Assembly: GCA_030141605.1 (NCBI GenBank)
Contig: JAQGDQ010002412.1
Location: forward strand, 1-46,320
Length of the DNA stretch: 46,320 nucleotides
Direction: 5' to 3'
Source of the DNA: Tubiluchus corallicola
Lineage: Eukaryota; Animalia; Priapulida
Shown here: positions 43,551 through 46,320 of the stretch, piece by piece
Layout: each line of letters begins with the position of its first letter
How positions within the stretch are numbered: the first letter of the stretch is position 1
Notes under the pieces: generated by a model
The model's input: the letters and a program-made list of their open reading frames with translations, nothing else
What the model was told of the DNA's origin: nothing
Databases searched by the model: none
Translations under genes and position numbers: made by a program

Positions 43551-45839
43551 ATGAAAATAAATTTTAAGCTTCCACTATCTATAATTGTTGTCTGTTTAGT
43601 CATATCTTCCATAGTGACCACCTCATATGGACAAAGTGTGGGAATACACACAAGGAGCCCTGCCACATCTGCGGCTCTGGAAGTGGCTCTGCCCAAAGAT
43701 GACAATGGAAATGACATTCCCAAAGGAATACTTATTCCAAGAATTGCTAGTGAAGCAGATAGGGATGCTATACAAAATCCCGTAAATGGGTTGATGATAT
43801 ATTTTGTTCCTAATGAACGGTTTCAATTTTATAAAGCTTCTATTGCCCAGTGGGTATCTGTAGGAATGGCAGTAGGTGGTGGCGATGGAGATGGGGCTGT
43901 TGACCTAGCGGGCGATTTGCAAGGGACTTCGGATAATGCAACAGTAATAGGGATTCGTGGAATAGATGTTGCACTTGGTCTTGTTGACAACACAACAGAT
44001 GGTTATGTTTTAACTTATGACGAGGCGAATGATTACTTTGATCTAAAACCCTTCGACCCTCATTTTGGCAATGACGGGCAAATAATATTTAATGAAAATA
44101 ACGCAATGAATGGAAGTGATGACTTAACTTGGGACTATCTAACTGCGACACTTAATGTGAATGGTGATTTAGAGGTAACAGGAACGGTGACTTCAGGGGG
44201 AATGCTTACAGTAGTAGCAGATGGAGCAGATATAACAGGAGATGTGAATATAGATGGCGGATTAGATGTAACAGGAACAGTAACTTCAGGAGGAATGCTT
44301 ACAGTAGTAGCCGATGGAGCAGATATAACAGGAGATGTGAATATAGATGGCGGATTAGATGTAACAGGAACGGTAACTTCAGGAGGAATGCTTACAGTAG
44401 TAGCAGATGGAGCAGATATAACAGGAGATGTGAGTATAGATGGTGACTTAGATGTAACAGGAACAGTAACTTCAGGAGGAATGCTTACAGTAGTAGCCGA
44501 TGGAGCAGATATAACAGGAGATGTAAGCATAGATGGGAATTTGCAAGTGAGCGGAGAAACAACATTAGATAGCACTTTGATAGTAATGGATACTACCTAT
44601 TTAAGAGGAAGAGTAGTGATGCAAGATTTACCCTTAGTTAACGACCCGATGACAGATAATGACTATTTTCTTATAGTGCGAGAAAATCTTGATACCCTAG
44701 AAAAGATAACACCAAGCAATGTGCCGCTGCTCACAATGAACCCCTCGCCTCCTACTCAGGGAAATATCTTTTTTTCTGATGGAACGCCAACGACATTAGC
44801 TTCTGATGATGATTTGTATTGGGATGCTGGTATACTTACTGTTGACAACGGAGATATTAATGTTAACAATGGAAGTGTTATTGTTAGCAGGAATGTTACT
44901 GCTGCGGGGGATATTTCTGCAGAAGGGCACCTCAATATTGTTCAAAATGCAACGATTGATGGAAGGTTAACTGTTCACGGTTCTGGTCCTACACCCACTA
45001 GTGTAGTTGTTTCGGGAGGAAATGTAAGTGTAGTGTCAGGAGACGTAAATATAGCAGATGGTAGCATGCATACACAAAATGGAAGTGTAGGTTTAGGGTT
45101 TACAGGCCTTCTAGCGGACGTTCCAGATGAGAGGCTACATATCAAAACAGGCGGTAGGATAAAAGTAGAAGACTTGGCTACAGGAACAATAGGAGAGCAG
45201 AGGTTTGTCATGGTAGACGAAGACGGCCTGTTCCTTAGCCCTACTTCTTTGAAAGTGCAAAACGGCGATTTGGTAGTGGAAGGAGATGTTACCTTTGAGG
45301 CGCTAATTAATCTTGGTATATTGGAAAATGCTACAGATTTTGGTTTTGTAATGAGTAATCAAGATGGAAAAATAGCCACAGGCTCATCCGTTAAGTTTGA
45401 CGGTAGCCCAGCTACCCCGGGTTTAGTGATTATGGATGACATTCCCCTTACTGTAAGATACTATAGTAATAATGCAAAGGAGACATTGAAAATAGAGAAT
45501 AGTGATTCAGTAAGAATGGATGCTAATTTGGAGGTGACAGGAAAAGTTGTCTCTTATAAGGTAGTTAAGGGAGTAGTAGCCTCTGATGGCAATTTGATCG
45601 TAGGTCAAAATATTGTTGCTGGTGATGTTGCTCGAAGTGCAATGGGAGAATACACTATTTCTCATAATTTGGGCACACCTAATCCTGTGGTACACATTTC
45701 TGTGCATCATTCTATGGGGGAAGCAAGAACTGCTCAATATGAGGTTGACACTGATTCTGTAATAAAAGTATACACTTTTAGCAATAGCACTCAACAATCA
45801 GACGAAAGATTTTCTTTCACAATAGAATCAATAGAATAG
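43551..45839 (+). CDS. Secreted fibre-like mosaic protein with beta-repeat shaft
   Basis: Signal peptide, N-terminal VGI.T.SP...KGILIPR...NGLMIY module, 31-aa repeats, G/V/D/T-rich beta repeats and a C-terminal GEYTISHNLG domain. Confidence 0.75.
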   Translation: MKINFKLPLSIIVVCLVISSIVTTSYGQSVGIHTRSPATSAALEVALPKDDNGNDIPKGILIPRIASEADRDAIQNPVNGLMIYFVPNERFQFYKASIAQWVSVGMAVGGGDGDGAVDLAGDLQGTSDNATVIGIRGIDVALGLVDNTTDGYVLTYDEANDYFDLKPFDPHFGNDGQIIFNENNAMNGSDDLTWDYLTATLNVNGDLEVTGTVTSGGMLTVVADGADITGDVNIDGGLDVTGTVTSGGMLTVVADGADITGDVNIDGGLDVTGTVTSGGMLTVVADGADITGDVSIDGDLDVTGTVTSGGMLTVVADGADITGDVSIDGNLQVSGETTLDSTLIVMDTTYLRGRVVMQDLPLVNDPMTDNDYFLIVRENLDTLEKITPSNVPLLTMNPSPPTQGNIFFSDGTPTTLASDDDLYWDAGILTVDNGDINVNNGSVIVSRNVTAAGDISAEGHLNIVQNATIDGRLTVHGSGPTPTSVVVSGGNVSVVSGDVNIADGSMHTQNGSVGLGFTGLLADVPDERLHIKTGGRIKVEDLATGTIGEQRFVMVDEDGLFLSPTSLKVQNGDLVVEGDVTFEALINLGILENATDFGFVMSNQDGKIATGSSVKFDGSPATPGLVIMDDIPLTVRYYSNNAKETLKIENSDSVRMDANLEVTGKVVSYKVVKGVVASDGNLIVGQNIVAGDVARSAMGEYTISHNLGTPNPVVHISVHHSMGEARTAQYEVDTDSVIKVYTFSNSTQQSDERFSFTIESIE
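44175..44546 (+). repeat. Four tandem 93-bp coding repeats (VTGTVTSGGMLTVVADGADITGDV[N/S]IDG.L.)
   Basis: Units start at 44175, 44268, 44361 and 44454 and are near-identical at DNA level. Confidence 0.97.
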
Positions 45840-45955
45840 AGATACAGAAAAGCGAAAAATGGATTGTCATAAATGAAAAATAGAATGTTTTAGATTTTAA
45901 ATCTAAAAATTCAAAAAAAAAATAAATTATTTTATTATTTAAAAAAACTTTCTTG

Positions 45956-45963
45956 TACCTTTG
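45956..45963 (+). promoter_or_regulatory. Bacteroidota -7 promoter element, probably for rho
   Basis: TACCTTTG, about 160 nt upstream of the rho ATG. Confidence 0.5.
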
Positions 45964-46124
45964 GCCTTTAATGCAAGTCAAGTTTGACATTAAGCAAAAT
46001 GTACTTTGTGTTTAAAACCCCAAAATAATCATAACAGACTTACAAAAGGAAAAAAATACTTGTATAAATTTCTAAGCAAAAGTCACTTTTACAATAAATT
46101 CAAATAAAACCGAAAACAAAAATA

Positions 46125-46320
46125 ATGTATACTATTGAAGATTTAAATCTGAAACTTGTATCAGAGCTAAAAGAAATTGCAGAAAAAATTGGATTGAGCA
46201 ATTATAAAAAATTATCTAAAAAAGATTTGGTATACAAAATCCTTGATACCCAAGCAGACAACCCTAAAGTAGTAGAAAAAGCTATTAACGAATTATCTTC
46301 TAACCAAGAACCACCAAAAA
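46125..46320 (+). CDS. rho: Transcription termination factor Rho, N-terminus (3' truncated; not in the ORF track)
   Basis: MYTIEDLNLKLVSELKEIAEKIGLSNYKKLSKKDLVYKILDTQA matches the Rho_N helical domain of Bacteroidota Rho. Confidence 0.88.
   Translation, partial: MYTIEDLNLKLVSELKEIAEKIGLSNYKKLSKKDLVYKILDTQADNPKVVEKAINELSSNQEPPK

Noticed and set aside
44175-44546. Possible CRISPR array
   Set aside because: Units are contiguous, in-frame and 93 bp long with no unique spacers, and there are no cas genes.
44135-44575. 146-aa minus-strand repetitive ORF
   Set aside because: Antisense mirror of the 93-bp coding repeats.
43551-45839. Prophage or contractile injection system
   Set aside because: No other phage or structural genes nearby; the protein has a Sec signal and housekeeping neighbours.
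1-46320. Stop-codon reassignment as an explanation for broken genes
   Set aside because: Breaks are frame changes, not in-frame stops. TAA, TAG and TGA all end intact genes.

Overview
AT-rich, gene-dense chromosomal window from a Bacteroidota genome, probably Cytophagales-like. The assignment rests on TAnnTTTG -7 promoters, DUF6452/DUF6048, long NusB, Bacteroidota-type PurM, a PorE-like protein and a Rho N-terminus. Most of it is housekeeping: nadA-nadB, yicC, hemW, gmd-fcl, nusB-ytxH-yajC-ybbR-coaE-gmk, skp x2, purM, lolA, ftsK, ung, panB, mpl-like, cdsA, rho. No RNA genes, CRISPR arrays or mobile elements were seen. Ten genes carry frameshifts, mostly 1-nt losses in homopolymers and including core genes, which points to long-read consensus error rather than real pseudogenes. 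Two loci stand out. (1) A divergent heptose locus at 35.5-41.9 kb: hldC-hldD-[HldA-like kinase::HAD phosphatase fusion] sits back-to-back with an AGE/cellobiose-2-epimerase-family enzyme and an Na+/sugar symporter, with no gmhA or heptosyltransferase in the window. This suggests a heptose import/salvage or catabolic pathway. (2) A secreted mosaic fibre-like protein at 43.5-45.8 kb with four 93-bp tandem repeats.
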